Below are positions 13,071-27,280 of a stretch of DNA of 64,000 bases, one piece after another. Source of the DNA: Cenococcum geophilum (taxonomy: Eukaryota); assembly GCA_050273025.1 (NCBI GenBank), contig CP158636.1:8618001-8682000 (forward strand), given 5' to 3'. Both the position numbers and the translations under genes were made by a program. The notes under the pieces were generated by a model that worked only from the letters and a program-made list of their open reading frames with translations, did not search any database and had not been told where the DNA came from. The stretch's first letter is position 1, and the number at the start of each line of letters is the position of its first letter.

Positions 13071-15012
13071 ATGTCGGAACATATGACCCACCTAAAGATG
13101 TATAAATATTAGCTACTAGCCAATATAAATCTTGCCTGGGGCAGATAATTTAACTTAGGTAGTGGGACGAGATTGGATCGATCTTGCTCGGTGTCATCTA
13201 TACAGTATTTATTTTTGCTATTCTTATTACAATAGATGGCAAACTAATAAGTAAATAGCATCTTCCAATCCAACCTAATTCACTAATCGCTGTGTTCTCT
13301 ACATTAGTAAAGTATTCGCTTCTTTACCTAATTATAGAGTATATCGGCTAACTTAAATGGACGTATTTTGAACGCCTAAGGCCTTTAGATTAGATGGAAG
13401 TCTTTAATAGAGCGACCTAAGGACTGTGGGGATCGTTAATATTCTTATAGAAGACTAAAGCAACTATACTGCTTGTATCTCTTAGAGCATTAATTACAGT
13501 CATCCTGCTCGCCTTTAAGCCTTTTGCTTAACAAGCTATTAGATTCTCTACACATTTAGCACCCCTTAACAATATTACTAGGTCTGTTACGAAAACCAAT
13601 GCTTAGTCTAATATCTACTTTTAGGATAACAAATCGCCTTTAACTAACTATAGTAAGTTAAATTTTATATTATAGTTCTTAATTATACTAGCTTTTAGTC
13701 GCAACAATTGGGTACTAACGCCTTTAAATTAGCCCAGTTTTAGCTATTATTAGCCTTTCTTTAAGCATTAGCAGACCAGCCTATAAGCGGATTTTCCAAC
13801 GCCTACTACCCAACGAAGAAATGCACGGTTTCCAACTTTGTCTCGCTAGTAGTCTATACCACCTATACGGAAGAGTCTATCTCTAAGGGATATTTTAACA
13901 CCTGTAACTATAGGGTTAGTTACAGAGAATATGGCTTAAATAACTTTACTAACTTCACCAATGCCCAGAATATAAGAGAATATCTTCGCGAAAATCCAGA
14001 GTACTCAGAAGTATATGCCAACTGCATAAAAGACTTCCCAGATTTTCCACAATTTACAATTGTCCTAAACATACGTGATAGCACTTCGGCGCTTTGCTAT
14101 ACTGAATCCGGAGAGGATAAGTAGGAGAGTACTTCTAATAGCGGAACGTTGGCGATAAATTACAGGGATAGATATTTACAATCATGTAACGCACCTTAGC
14201 ACCTTACGGACTTATAGTCGACCAAGATAGTGGGGCAGACTTGTTTTAATTCAACCACTAAATTATTCCTCTATAATAATACCAACCATATCGCCTAGAT
14301 AAATGGTACTGTAAGCAAATGCCATCTTAACTTCTGTGTTAAAAAATACAAAGACGTCATTATTAACCGCGATGAAATAATATTACAAATTACTATAGAT
14401 ATATAGCTTAAGCTACAGAATAGAAGCGCTCTTAGCAATGATAACGACGATATATGGCATTTAAAACAGTCCTAAGGCTTTAGCTTGATAGATTTTAGAG
14501 TAGGGCAATCAAACCGAAATCTACTTAACATTATAGTAGAAGATATGTTCGATAACTGGATAATCCATTATACCTTATATTACTAAAAAATCCCTAAAAC
14601 GGCAAGTTTCGGTAACTAGACAAGTCGTTTCCACCATTTAGCTAACATTATATCCTTAATTATCCAAGCTCCTCTAAATCCTAACGCCACAAATATAATG
14701 GGTCAAGTCTATACAAATAAGATCTTCGTTTATGTCCATTAGGGCTGGATAATCATGCTAATATCAATTATCATAATTTTGAGTATCTTCCTCCTCCTTA
14801 CTATCGTCAAGAGTCGCAAGAAGCCGTATCTTTTTAAGATATTAATCCTAGCAACACTCTTTCATGGTCTAGAAGAACGGAATATCTTAGAATTTCTAGC
14901 CCTTATAAAGACGAATAGAGTAGTGTCTAAAGACTTAGTGAAAAAGTTAGAAGCAATAGTAGTAAAATTAAAGAGAAATAATGAGGACATTCTGAAACTA
15001 TTAGAGGGCTAA
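13071..15012 (+). pseudogene. DUF3176-family membrane protein
   Basis: N-terminal 'DGK..S.WHLPIQPNSLIAVFSTL..', 'IGQLKWTYFERPRPL.QMEVFDRATQGPWGS' and 'LLAFEPFAQQAI'; C-terminal 'VHV.WGW' plus a TM segment and 'ILATLFHGLE' (ORF 14755-15012 is its tail). Start is approximate. Confidence 0.75.
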
Positions 15013-16299
15013 TACAAATATACTATCCTAGCTTAGTCGTGTAAACAGCTTATAGATATCAAAATCTGAGAATAGATACCTAGAATGCCTTTTAATACTC
15101 TTAATAGGCATATTAAAATATCTTTGTAGAAGGTACGTAGTAGTAGGAAGTCGGAGCGCTGTGTAGGTCTACTTGCGTTTATCTTAATCTTAAGTGATGA
15201 CGTAATAGTATAGTAGACGCAGATATACCGTGCATGAGAAGGAGTAGGTAGAAAGTGGGGGTTAAGGTTAAGAGATTTAGTGTATAATAAAACTAGAACG
15301 TAAGAAGCTGACGAAGATTATATAATAAATATAATCCACTATAGATTAAAGACTCTTCGGTGCTAAGAAATTGCTAATATAGAAGCCACCAGTTTTAGAG
15401 GCAAAGCCCTCTATATATAAAAGCACTAAAGCTAACCTTATATCGTTTAGTAGGAAAGGAAAGGCTTTATATAGCTATAGATTTACTAGCTATAGGGAGT
15501 AAATTACACTGCGATAATTACGTGGGATATGCGAGGCTATTTAGCGCTAAGCCGAGGTACTAACTAGGGGGGCGATCTAGTATGAAATTGAGCGCTGTAA
15601 TAGATATAACGCTAAGAATGACTACCTCTGTCGTTATAAGGCTCTTAGGATTAGGTAACACCCTTTTATAAGGGTTATAGGTGTTAAGAAGTTATAGGTG
15701 GTACTAGAGCAAGGGAAGACAATTATACGCAAGAAAAAGGCTTTTATAACTTAAGCGTATCGGCAACGATATAAACGTGATTTTTTAGATAGGAGGGGTC
15801 TAGGATATTTATAAATAGAAATAGCATATAACGTATATAGAGTAGTGCTAGATATTAAAGTGTGTACAGAAATTGAATTGCTGAAAGTTAAAGTACCCTA
15901 TATGTGTCTCGGTACATAGGGCGTTTTACTATATAGGGATAAACATTAACGTTTATCTTAGGTCCTTAGCAGGTTTTATTAATAGTCCTAACTGCTTCCC
16001 TGTTGGGCCTAGCGTTAACATATAAGGTAACGCACCAAGCTTAGATCCGAGCCACGCTCCTAAGACTCCTCTTTAACCCTTTTTTATGCCTTTAGTTTCC
16101 TTTACGTCGATAAACCATAGGCTCCTTAGTTTAATATCGCTAATCCCCTTTAGCAAAATCCGCCGAGCTAGGAATAATCTAGCCCACCTACTAGGTTCCT
16201 TGCGCTTCCTTAACGGCTTTATTAACAGAGTAATAAATATAATCCCGTAGTATATACACCCCTCTTATTTTCTAATACTGGGTATAGGTACTATAGCTA

Positions 16300-17207
16300 T
16301 TATAGATACCTCTAATAGAGTATACTATTTATTACCCGTATAGTTTAAACGGTTAAAATATAGTAGGCCATAGTATTACGGGACTAGTCGCTTATCTTAA
16401 TGCTATTATAAAGTTTATCCGGCCTTCCAAGCTATAATTTATTGAGAAAGAAAAGCGTGTCTACTAACGCCTTAGACACAATTATAATGGGGTCTTTTAA
16501 TATTATGGGAGCCTAGAGGACGCTCTTATCCTATAGTATACCTGTAACGGTTTTATAAAATAGTACTTTATAAGATAAGATAAACCTATTCCGCTTCTAC
16601 AACAACTCCGCTAGGTTTAATAGATTACGGCCTTAATCGCTTTTATTTATTCTAGAAATATAATATATAGGGATATCTTCTATAATAACGTCTTCCTTAA
16701 TAAAGAGCTTAACGCGAAGCTTAGCGACTTTACTAGATCTCTAATTAACAATAAAGCCCCTCTTATCTGTTATAAGACCAGTTATAAGCATTTTAATAAC
16801 GAAGGTGTCTTAATAAGGAGTAAGGTATTTACTCTTAGCTCTACCTTTTATAAAGTAATAATAGGATCTAAACTATATAAAGAGCTTTTGGATAAAGTGA
16901 TATGTAACATATATACCTAAGGGGAATTTTTAAGCCTAGCTTCCCTAGCCGCGTTTAGGGATATTATTACTAAGTGCTAGGCTTAAGGGCACGTAAGTGC
17001 AGATAAATTACTAGAGGATGTAAAGGCTGAAGGTATGTTTTTTATTTAGTAGGATGTTTAGCATTAATAATTTTCTAGTTGCTATAGAGTCTGGACATGC
17101 CGTATAGGTTAAGTTATCTATAATCCTTTATAATACCGCATTTCCTATAGCCCTTACTTTTATGTTTTTACTTCCTATCGCATTCTAGGCAAGAAATCGT
17201 AGATAAC
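16300..17207 (+). pseudogene. Ser/Thr/Tyr protein kinase-like gene
   Basis: De-RIPed 'QITASVAFIHSRNVIHGDISC.NVFLDEELNAKLGDFAGSS' (~16620-16740), 'SEVFALGSTFYEVMTGSKPY' and 'IITKCW'; probable intron at ~17033-17078. Confidence 0.85.
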
Positions 17208-19009
17208 GGGGCTAGTTAGCTAAGTTTTTGTGTTTTTAGTAGATATCTAAGTTTTTATCATTTACCCGTACCTTTTAAGGTGGACACTAAGGACAGTTGC
17301 CTATAGTCTTTAATAACCCCATTACTAGCACTTTACTATTTAGACCTTTGGCCGGTAACGCATCGGTATAGTAGTGCCTATTAGCTTAGGCTTTTATATA
17401 TTTATCCTAGCTACGTTTTAACTAAATATAACGAGGCCGAGTGCTATATTTACTGTAGTAAAACGATTAGTTAAAGTAGTGATATATTATATAGTTAACG
17501 ACAAGCAGCTAAAATTAGCGAGAGGCTCTTATCTTAGTGGGGAAAAATAAAGTGTGTAAGAAAATAAGCGATGGGGAAATATGTCCTTTTATATACCTTT
17601 ATAGCATTTTAATATAATTATCATGGGGCTATTCTAGGCAGTAGGTCTACCTAGATAAAAGCTTAATCTATTTATAGGGCATTTCCTATTATATAAGGGC
17701 TGTATAAAAAGGTCCGTAAAAGTATTACTTTTTTAAGGGCGGTAAGCAAGAGCCACTTATTACTACTTATAATGCTATAAACGATAAAGAATGTAAGGCT
17801 AAAACTACATTCACGACTTGGCTAGCTAATTAAAATTATATAACACAGCTAAAACCGAGCGGTAGTCCGAATAATATTAAGTCGGGCGTTAATAATTAAT
17901 TAACTTATATATATAATGTAAAGGTGCATAAACTGGCTACAGAAACTTAGTTTTTAGTTAATTTGCCTTATAAATAAAAATAAGCCATAAGAATCCAATC
18001 CTTATAAGATATTTTAGTTAGCGGAGGGGCTATATATATCTAGTGACTCTAATATATAGCTAAAATACGCATTATAGCGGACGCCTTACCCGTTCTACTG
18101 TTTGGCTGGTGGCCTAATTATATATATAATATTCTGCGCTAAAAAGCTTTAATAGTAGGGTAGGGTAAATTGGCTATAGCTTAGCCTGCTTAGCAATTCT
18201 TTTATATAAGCTTTCCCGTTAGGTACTAACCTCTAAGTAACTATAAACCTATTAGCTACAGCAATACCTCTATTTTCCCTTATAAATTTCCTTTAACCCT
18301 ACTTCGCTAATTATTTACAGCGCAGTTCCGTAAAGCCGCTCTCCGTTTAAGCCTACAATCCACCTCTTTTTATATTTCTTATATTCTGCCTCTTACAGTT
18401 ATTTAGTAATTCTATTCTTGCCATTAAGGTAAATATTAGCTTAGCTATTTTACCCCGCGCAGTATATGCCTAATTACTTACATCTTCTATAATAGTTATG
18501 CTTTAATGCGTATATGCTTTACGGCCTTTTATTCTAAAACAAATTCCCAAATTAGACGCCATTCCTCCTTAGACGGCTATCTGTAATTAAGAACGCCCCA
18601 TAAAAGATAATATTTACTTAATATTTTACGCCTATAGAATACCTCTCCTTTATAGCCACCAGTCCTACTAACTTACGCGGTTATACTTCTAGCTATATAG
18701 ATTATGTCCGCTAAGGCCAGGAATAAGGCGCTTAGTAGGGAATAGGAGGAGATTGGAGGTTATAAATTTAAGATAACGGAGGAGATGACTATAATATTTA
18801 AAGGTAGATTATATAATATTCTAGATAGCGAAAAGAAGGTAGTTGATAAATTAGGTATAAAAGATAGATAAGTAACGAGAGAGGTTTTTACTAGATATCA
18901 ATATTATATAATAAGGGCGCGAATTAAGTTTAAAAAGAGGTAGTGATAAGTAGTAATCTAAAGCGATATATTATTTATTTGTAGATAAGAGGCAATCTCT
19001 AGCTTCCTC

Positions 19010-20580
19010 TATAGCATTTCCCTAAAACTCTAGAGTATTTAGGTCCCCTAAACCGAATAAATTAAAGATATTCTATTTATCCTTATAGCCAATCCTAACT
19101 AACAAGAAAGCGTCCTCCTTGGGCTTTTCTGGCATGTACATAGATAGGCAATTCGTGACCGCTAGTCCTCCTGTCTCCTTTTCCTTTCTCTATAAATTGC
19201 TTATCTTTATCCTAATATAAAATAGCTTAGGGAGGTTCTTAACTATATAGCGCCTTATAAATAAGAAAGAATAGTACTGGCCCTGTCCTGGCAATACTAG
19301 ATATCCTATTAATGTTAACCATAAGCAATATCTTATTAAGGGTCGTTTATAGACCTAGAATCTACTCTAATTCTAACCAGGGACGCTTTAATAACGGTTT
19401 ATCTGTAACTTGACGATGCGCTAGCATAGTGGCGCTAGAAGGACTCTTAGGAGAGGTATCTATCTTAGATAAGCATTAGTGCATTAAATTTTAGAGAAAG
19501 GTGTTTAACCCTTTTTTTTTAATAGTTAAACAAGAGGGCGCTTTCTTTACGTAATAAATCTCCCTCTAAGATAAATAAGCAGCTAGTTAATAAGTGTCTA
19601 AGACTAGCATACCGAGCGTTTAATTTATGTCTTAGGAAAGTAAAGCTTTAGAATACTTCTCCGTTAACTAAGCGTCTTTAATTAGTATTAAGTGTTCCTC
19701 TAATAAAAATCATTAATAATTCGTTTAAAATAAAAGGCCTTTTATACCCGTGGAAAGATTAATATTTAAAAGAGGATGTTTTTAAGATAAAGTACTCCTT
19801 ACGTTTAGATCCGTTCTATAAGGTTATAAACTAGAGGCTAGTAAATGCGTCTTAGATAAAGAAGAATACGTGCTTTGCGATCGGCCTTACTCTATTAAGA
19901 ATTAGTAATAAAGTTATTTAGAATAAAAGAGTTTCTCTACTAGTGGCGATAGTCACCTATAAAAACCAACTTTTCTAAGATAACGAAATTAAAGTGCTAA
20001 TTAAATTGGCCTTATAAAGTTCCTTTACAACCACAGCTAGTCCTAATAGGTATAGGGCAGTCTCCTACTAACTTTAAATTTTAGGTAAGCGGGTCTAAGG
20101 CGCTATTTTACTTAGCTTTAAGATAGATACTACTAAGGTAAATAAGAGGAATACTTTAGGACCTAAGGATCGGAAAACGTCTACTAAAAGTTCGCGTGCT
20201 TATAGCCTTATACTATAACGTAACAATAATCGCTTTATTAAACTTTCCGTATTTTCTTTTAGTAAATTGCAATATAATTTAAATATAGAATCCTGGTTTA
20301 AGAGTAATAAACTCATCTTATTATTAAATATCGTTAATTCTTTTCTAAGATTTTTAATTAGCCAGTTATTCTATTCTATAGATTTTAAGGATATAGTAAA
20401 ATTAAAGATAGATAGATGGGACGGGGATAAGAAGGACAAGAGGGGATAGGAAGGATAGAAAGGATAGGAAGGAGATTTAAAGAATAGGGTAGGGCGGGAT
20501 AGGCGGGACGGGACTAAATATGGTGGAGCCTAGCGAGTTTAAACTAATTGCGGTAGCACGCCTATAGTTATTCCCATTCC
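19010..20580 (-). pseudogene. Unidentified hypothetical protein gene
   Basis: Protein-like frames, e.g. 'ARELLVDVFRSLGPKVFLLFTL' and C-terminal 'AVTNCLSMYMPEKPKEDAFLLVRIGY..NIFNLFGLGD'; no function recognised. Confidence 0.4.
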
Positions 20581-21249
20581 ATATATACCCTTTACTTTAA
20601 TTAAGATATTCACCTAGCTTCTATATATTAGGTCTATAGAATTTATATAGCCTAGATAGGTAACGGGGCCCTAATTATATTCTTTTCCGTATTATTTCTA
20701 GTTTAAATAATATTAGATAGTTATAAGCCTCTACTATATATATAACTGCGTATCTATCGCATCTCCTTTTATATCGCTTTAGTGCCGGAACTAAGATACC
20801 AAATGCGAGTTATAGCTCTATTTCTGCAGTTACGGCGGGATTACACACCTTCACTTAATTAAGTTCTATACTATATTAGAAGTAATATTAATATAGCATC
20901 TCCTAGGATAAATAGGGGGAAGTATTTATATAGCATAAAGCGGGTTCTAGTAAATATTCGCGGTATAGCAGCAGCTTAGGTCCTATTAAAGGGTATAAAA
21001 GAAAGCAGATCTTTTAAAGAAATAATACTATCTATACTTAGCTCCTTACTCCAATTTTCCTCTAGAGACTAGTACTATTAACCTCCTCTAGCTATCTCTC
21101 TAATCTTATACTTTAAATTAGCTTTACCTTTTAGGCAATATATAGACTATATTAAAGACCCTAAACACTTCTCCAGGCAGCCCTACTCTATTACTAGCTT
21201 AGTAGCCCCTTACTCTCTAGTATACTCTGCAATTTCTAGAGCTGTTAAA

Positions 21250-23184
21250 GGTAGCTATAGCAATAAATACGTTGTCTACCTCTACCTCTACCTTAGGAGG
21301 CCTAGTTGTCAAGTTACTAGCCCTAAAAAACCCTAAAACTGAAGCGATATTGCGAGCCTCTAGGTTGGAGTATAAGACGGTAAACAAAGTGTATGTCTTT
21401 ATAGTCGTGTATATATAGTCCTACTAACACTATTTCTTTACAGTTGGGATAAGAAAGCTTATTAGTATAAGATTATTAAGCTAGTAGACCTAATAGGAGA
21501 GGTTAATAAACTAGACTAATACGTGTTTATTAATTATATTTAAATTAGTAGGTATAACACTCTTTATAAGTGTCTTTAATTACTAAAGATAAATTATAAA
21601 TAAGAAAACCAAAGACTCTATATTTTACGTTAATGTTAAGTTTAAGGGGTTACGAGATGTTCTAAGGAAGGTCCTTAAAGATATCCGCGGAATCTACCTA
21701 AGAGAGGATAAGCCTTTAGTGCGGAAAATCTCCGCTATTAAAACTTACTAGCTTATACCGTATATAGGTTAAACAGAACCTTCTATATAATTTTCTCCCG
21801 GAACTAGAATTATATTAAAGTAGTATAAATATCAACTTTAAGAACGAAGTGTATTTAAAACATTTAGACCTCTTAATTAGCTTTATTAAAACTACCTACA
21901 CGTCTATAACTAAACGCCTTAAACCCCTTCTTAAGAACCGTGAAATTACGTATAATCTACTTTAGGCTCTCTTTAAGCCAAACTTAGAGGTCTATACTAC
22001 TTATTCTGGTACCGGCGAACCGAAATATATTAAGTTTAATTATAGTAAGGAATAAATAAGATTAAGTGGAATTAAGTACTTCCATCTAAACTATTACTAC
22101 TTTAATTTTAATGGGAAAGTGTTTAGGGAAGCCGCCCTTAGGCTTACCGTTAAGAAGTTTCATGGAACGAAACGGATAGACCTCCGTTAGGCATTTCCTC
22201 TAAAGTACTACCGGAAATCGAGCGAGATTAGAGCACGGCTGATTAGATATAGTCGAATTTTTAATAACTTAAGAGGCGTCTACTACCGCTAGTACTAAGG
22301 GACTGCCTTCTATAAGGATAAAGACGGTAATAAGATTAAAGTCTCTATTAAGAGCCGAATTATAGTTAATACGGTATATTTTCGGCAAATTAACCCTAAT
22401 TACGCTAAACTATAAATTAATAAGTTGTTAGGAATACTAGACTTATTAAACATCTTTAATTTTATAGGGGGCTTAATTAAAAGGAAAGACTAAATTAAGA
22501 GGATAAATATAGATCCAACTAAAATAAAGGATTAAGATTTCCTAATTAACAGCCTAACTATATTAGGTTTTAGTCTAGGTAATAAGCTCTAGCGTACGTT
22601 ATCTTTACTTATATATAAGCGGCATTTGCTAACGCATTATAGTTAAGTTCGTAGTTACTAATATTAGTAACATTACGTAGAACCCTTCTTTCTTTAATAA
22701 CCTTAGGATTCCTACTTAGCAGAAGGAGGTTATTTAAGCTTTTAGTAAAACCTACTTATCTTAGAACTCTTACTCTACCTTAAATAATTTTATATTAGGT
22801 AAAGAACGTGGACTCGTTACCCTCCTATAGTATATTACTATACCTCTATTATAAAATAATAGTTACACTATTACCTTACTAAGATAACTAAATTAGCGGG
22901 CCGCCCGGTGTTAGTAAGACCTTAATAGTAGAGGCGATGTTAGAATACCTTATAAGACTACTTTACGTTATACATCTCTATTCCCTTATAATTGCAGTTC
23001 TTTCTAACCGAGTAGATCTTTGCTAGAGAATTAGGCACGACCACGGATGCACTTAAAAAGAAGCTTTCTCTTATCTTTAAGATAGTAACCTATTGGAAAG
23101 CCACTCTACTCCTTAATAAGGCGGACGTATTTGTAGAACAGCGTGCTACTAATAATATCCATCGCAATGCCCTTATTTGTGTAT
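21250..23184 (+). pseudogene. Fungal AAA+ ATPase with extended N-terminal region, multi-intron, truncated by an insertion
   Basis: 'ITYDLLWALFKPN', 'SRIMVD', 'LGFSLGNKLW', 'GKGRGLVTLL', Walker A 'GPPGV(G)KTLT(A)EA' at ~22899-22935 and Walker B 'LLL(D)(E)ADVFVEQR' at ~23105-23145; homology ends abruptly after 'HRNALICV'. Confidence 0.88.
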
Positions 23185-23442
23185 TAGTGCGAACGTAGAA
23201 TTTCAGCGTAATTTTATAGGAGGAGGTAAGTTTGACAATATATAGTCCTACGCTTAGCTCTCTTAAATTTGCTAGGGTATTAGGGGTCTATAGAACGCAC
23301 GCCTTTTTAGCGTATAGGCAGATATACGTTTAGGATTTAGCTATCTTTTTCTTTTCTTCTTTTTTCCTATTTATACTTGTTAATAGTTAGAGGCAGTACG
23401 TTACTTAACTATACTGTTTATTGGTTAGTAATATATATACAT
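23185..23442 (+). repeat. Putative element terminus, copy 1 (homologous to 63006-63230)
   Basis: Collinear with 63006-63230 ('tgc.aa..tagaatttca...taattttat.ggaggagg', 'gaacgcacgcc', 'cttaactatactgt', 'tagtaatatatatac'); starts where the AAA gene breaks. Confidence 0.7.
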
Positions 23443-24224
23443 ATATATCCCAATAACTTTGCGTTATATAGCTTTAATATAATATAGATGCATAGTGTTA
23501 AACTAAAAGTTTAGGTAAGGGAAACTCGGATATAGATTAATTTATAAAGAAATAGAGACTATATATATAAGGTGGTACGTTATAGCGGGGGGGTATAGAA
23601 ACAGGTATTAGGTAAGTATTAGGCAACTAAGACAACCCGTCTTAGGTCGATATATAGCCTTAATCCCAAAACGTAGAATCTAATATCACTAGATAGAGTT
23701 GGTTATATAAGTGGGTTTCCATTAAAAATAAAATAGAGAAACTAGAACTTTATTATTTTCCTAAATATACTATCTATATAGGATGGCGTAGAAAATGAGA
23801 AAAGAAAAGCTAGTAATTTTAAATGGTTTTAAATAAAGTTCCGTACGGGATAGAAAATAATAAAAGTATTATTTTTATAGCCACTTTTCCCGTATAGGAG
23901 GATATTAAAAGAGGTATTTAAAATCTAGATATAAAAAGAGAATTTTAGTAAAAATCCTGTATAAAACATTATCTTTTATAAATATATTTTTAAAATGGAA
24001 TACAAATTCCAGTTTCTATAAGATTTTTTATTAAAGTATTCCATATGGGATATTATAGAAAATAGGATATAAAATCTAGGTAATTAAATTTTAATATAGG
24101 ATTAAAATATAGTAGATTATTATATTTATTAACTGTTTATACTATATAGATAAAATTAAAAACTACGCAGGCGAATTACTGGTAGATCTAAGAATAGGAG
24201 AACGGAAGCTATAGGGCATCAGTT

Positions 24225-24590
24225 CCCGTATAGGAGAGGAAAACATAGCTAGTAGCTCCTATAGGGAAGCTAAAGCCGTATAGGAATACAAGCCGTAGGG
24301 GATTGGTTCCTATAGGGCGGTAGAATATATAGGCATTAGTACCCGTAGGGGATTCGTTAGCGTAGGGGATTTATTAGCGTAGGGGATTTATTAGCATAGG
24401 GGAGTGGATTTTATAGGGGAGTGGATTCTATAGGGGATTTATTAGAGTAGGGGATTGCATCTTATAGGGGATTATTAGGAGTAGGGAATTGGTTTCTATA
24501 GGGCGGCGAAATGCATAGGTATTAGCTTCCGTAGGGGATTTATTTAAATAAGGGACTTATTTAAGTAGGGGATTAGTTAAAGGAAGGGAT
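24225..24590. repeat. Minisatellite, 17-bp core unit CGTAGGGGATTTATTAG
   Basis: Units start at 24344, 24361, 24378, 24395, 24412 and 24429, with degenerate copies on both sides. Confidence 0.85.
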
Positions 24591-24879
24591 TAATTCTTTT
24601 ATAGCCTCTATTTAGGCGATATAAGGTAGCTTTTAATAGGTTAGGGAGTAAATTATACATTTTATGGAAATATAAAGCCTATATAGGATGGTAGGGTATA
24701 AGGACCTAATAATCTGGCGGAAGATTAGGTTATCCACTTTCCTAGGTTTATTTAGCCTAGGTAACTCGCCCTATACTATTTTATATACGTTTTAACTAAG
24801 GCTGCTACCTAGCCTTAGCCGCCTAAATCTCCGCAAAACTTTACTTATATAGTGGAAGAGTAATAAAATATTATTTTAT

Positions 24880-27280
24880 TTACTTTGCTAGTACCTTTAG
24901 ATCCTTCCTTGCTTCCTAAAGCACCTCCTTTATTTAAAAAGGAAGTTTTTTATCCTTTCCCTTTTGCCTTCTACTGCCTAAAAATACTACCTTCCGCAAT
25001 CTATTAACCTAAGAGATTAGTGGCTAATAGTATAGTAAAAAGTAATTACCTACAGTCTTAAGAAAATCCTCTTTATTAGCTACTGCCCCTTTTTTTATTT
25101 TAGCTAGCTCTTCCGTATCTATAGAATTCCACTTATTAAACCTGTTAACAACATTACCTTTCTTATTAGGTCTATTATAGTAAATATATATCTAGAATAG
25201 CACCTAAAAGAACGACTTAAAATTATGCCAAGCTAAGTATATCTTGCCTAGGAGCACTCTAATCGCTATAAACGCTCTTATGCTAGTCTTACCCCGCGCT
25301 CCTAAAGGCCCTTCCCACTGCTTTTTAATTGCAAGATTAAAGTCGATTAAAAATGCCGGCTAAGAAGGATTATTATCTTCCTTGTTTATTATAAGGTTGC
25401 CTATTAAAATATTATATTAGATAATGCTGGCCCGCATATATAAAGACTTATATCCTTTAATGCCACCCTCTAGTGTAGTAAGTATTGTAGCCTAAGAGCT
25501 TACCTTATAAAGAGGCTTTCTATAGTCCCTAGTAATAACACGTTAATGCACTCGATTTAGGGTTGTAAGGCGCCTTCTACCTTTAGGCGGAGAGCTTAAA
25601 TACGTGCGCTTACTAGGCGGTAATGGGGCGTAGCTAGACAACCTCTTTCTGCTAGAACTTCGGCCTTCCCTTATACTAATTTTCATTCCAGCCGGTCTTA
25701 GAGGCATTATTAAGTCTCTTAGCTTATAGTTTATCGCTTTTATAATATTTAGCCCCTTACGGATATTATTGTAAATATTATCTTCCTTACCGCCTATATA
25801 AACTGTCTCGTAGTAATAGTACCTGGCTACATTAACTACTTCTTTCTCCGTTACCTTACGTAGCAGTTTACCTTCTTCCTCGCGCTGTAAGTATTACTAC
25901 GAGTCTTTAATAACAAGGGGTATCTTAGAGGTGTCCCCCTTACGGTATGCTTTCTAGTAAGTAGTCGCTCGACCAGCAATATAGTGTGCCCGCTTTATAG
26001 GTTTATTAAGGATAAGACGCTTAGTCTGATTATTATACACAACCTTAATATATCGCTTGCCGTCTAATATTAGAATAGTAGGGTCGAACCTAAGCTACTC
26101 CTTATTTATTTAGAGAAATCCCAGCATTGCCGAGGTAAATTATAGTCCGTCTTTATTAATATCAAATAGTGATAATGCAATGCCTCCTACCCGGTTATAC
26201 TTCTATAGACATATAATAGATCTATAGAGGGTAAAGCCTAGGATAAAGCGACGAGTGTCCTAAGCGGCGAAGACTTCTCTTATATATTTCCCTAAATCGA
26301 ACCGTGCCTTTAAGGCTATGTTAGTATTTAGATTACTCTTTAGCTCTTCTAGTATAAGTATATACGACTAATAGCATTAGGAGCTTTTACTGGCTATTAA
26401 ATCGTCTACGAAGCTAATATTTAGCTTTTAGTCGGCCGTAGATCCTTATAAGGGCTGCTAAGTATACTCTACTAGTCTTTATCGTTCCTTTAAAACAAAC
26501 CTATACTCCTTTACGAAGTCTAGAAATAATATAATTAGCTTATCGAACCACTTTAGGACTCTATATTCTTTCGTATCTTTAGGCCAGTTACGCTAACCGC
26601 CCTTCTTAGTATATAGTGGATTGTCCCCTTCCTTATATTTCTTAAAAACGGCGGCGCTTACCACCTTAAGACCTTCTACTTCCCTAAAGAATACTTTATA
26701 TAAGCCAGGAATCCCCACGTAAAGAGGGCCTAGCTCCTCCTTTAGAACATAATCCACGTATTTCCTATATTTAGATAAGTTGGTAAAGCTGCTTATATTA
26801 CGCAGATATGGGGTTTATTAAATATAAAGTGGTAGCGGTTAGGGGGGAGGCGTAGACTCTATTATAGTGGCGTACACCTTTTTCTAAATAACCTCGTCAG
26901 GTTTAATCCGGAGGATCGCATTTAAAAGAGGTAGAAACCGCTTAATATTAAATTTGTTAGAACTAACTGTTAAATTAAGTCTCAATAAATTAACAAGAAG
27001 GCTTTTACTGCCGCCGTTAGATAGCAATAAATGAAAAGCGGAAAGGCTTTATAGAGCGAGTATTAGATTAAGCAAAATATCCTTTAGTTCTGCGAGTGTT
27101 AGATAGAGCTTATACTAGGTAAATTAACGGTTACCTTTATTACTTATCTAATATAATATATCTAAAGAGTTAAAGGCACCTAGATCCTTACAAGTTGAGT
27201 TAAATAAATCGCGAAAACTATTTAGTCCCTCTCTAATAGGTTTCATTTTAATTATCTCTAATTTAGAGATATTCACTATT
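24880..27280 (-). pseudogene. FunK1-type fungal protein kinase (Pkinase_fungal)
   Basis: De-RIPed 'LEGGIKG(H)ESL..AGII.(C)DISIGNL', 'AFLIDF(D)LAIK', 'GARGKTGTRAF.AIGVLLG', 'HDLESFFWVLFWICIHY' and 'WVNRLRKVVFP', plus upstream 'AAQDTRRFILGFTL' and 'IAGRATT.WKAYR'. Confidence 0.88.
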
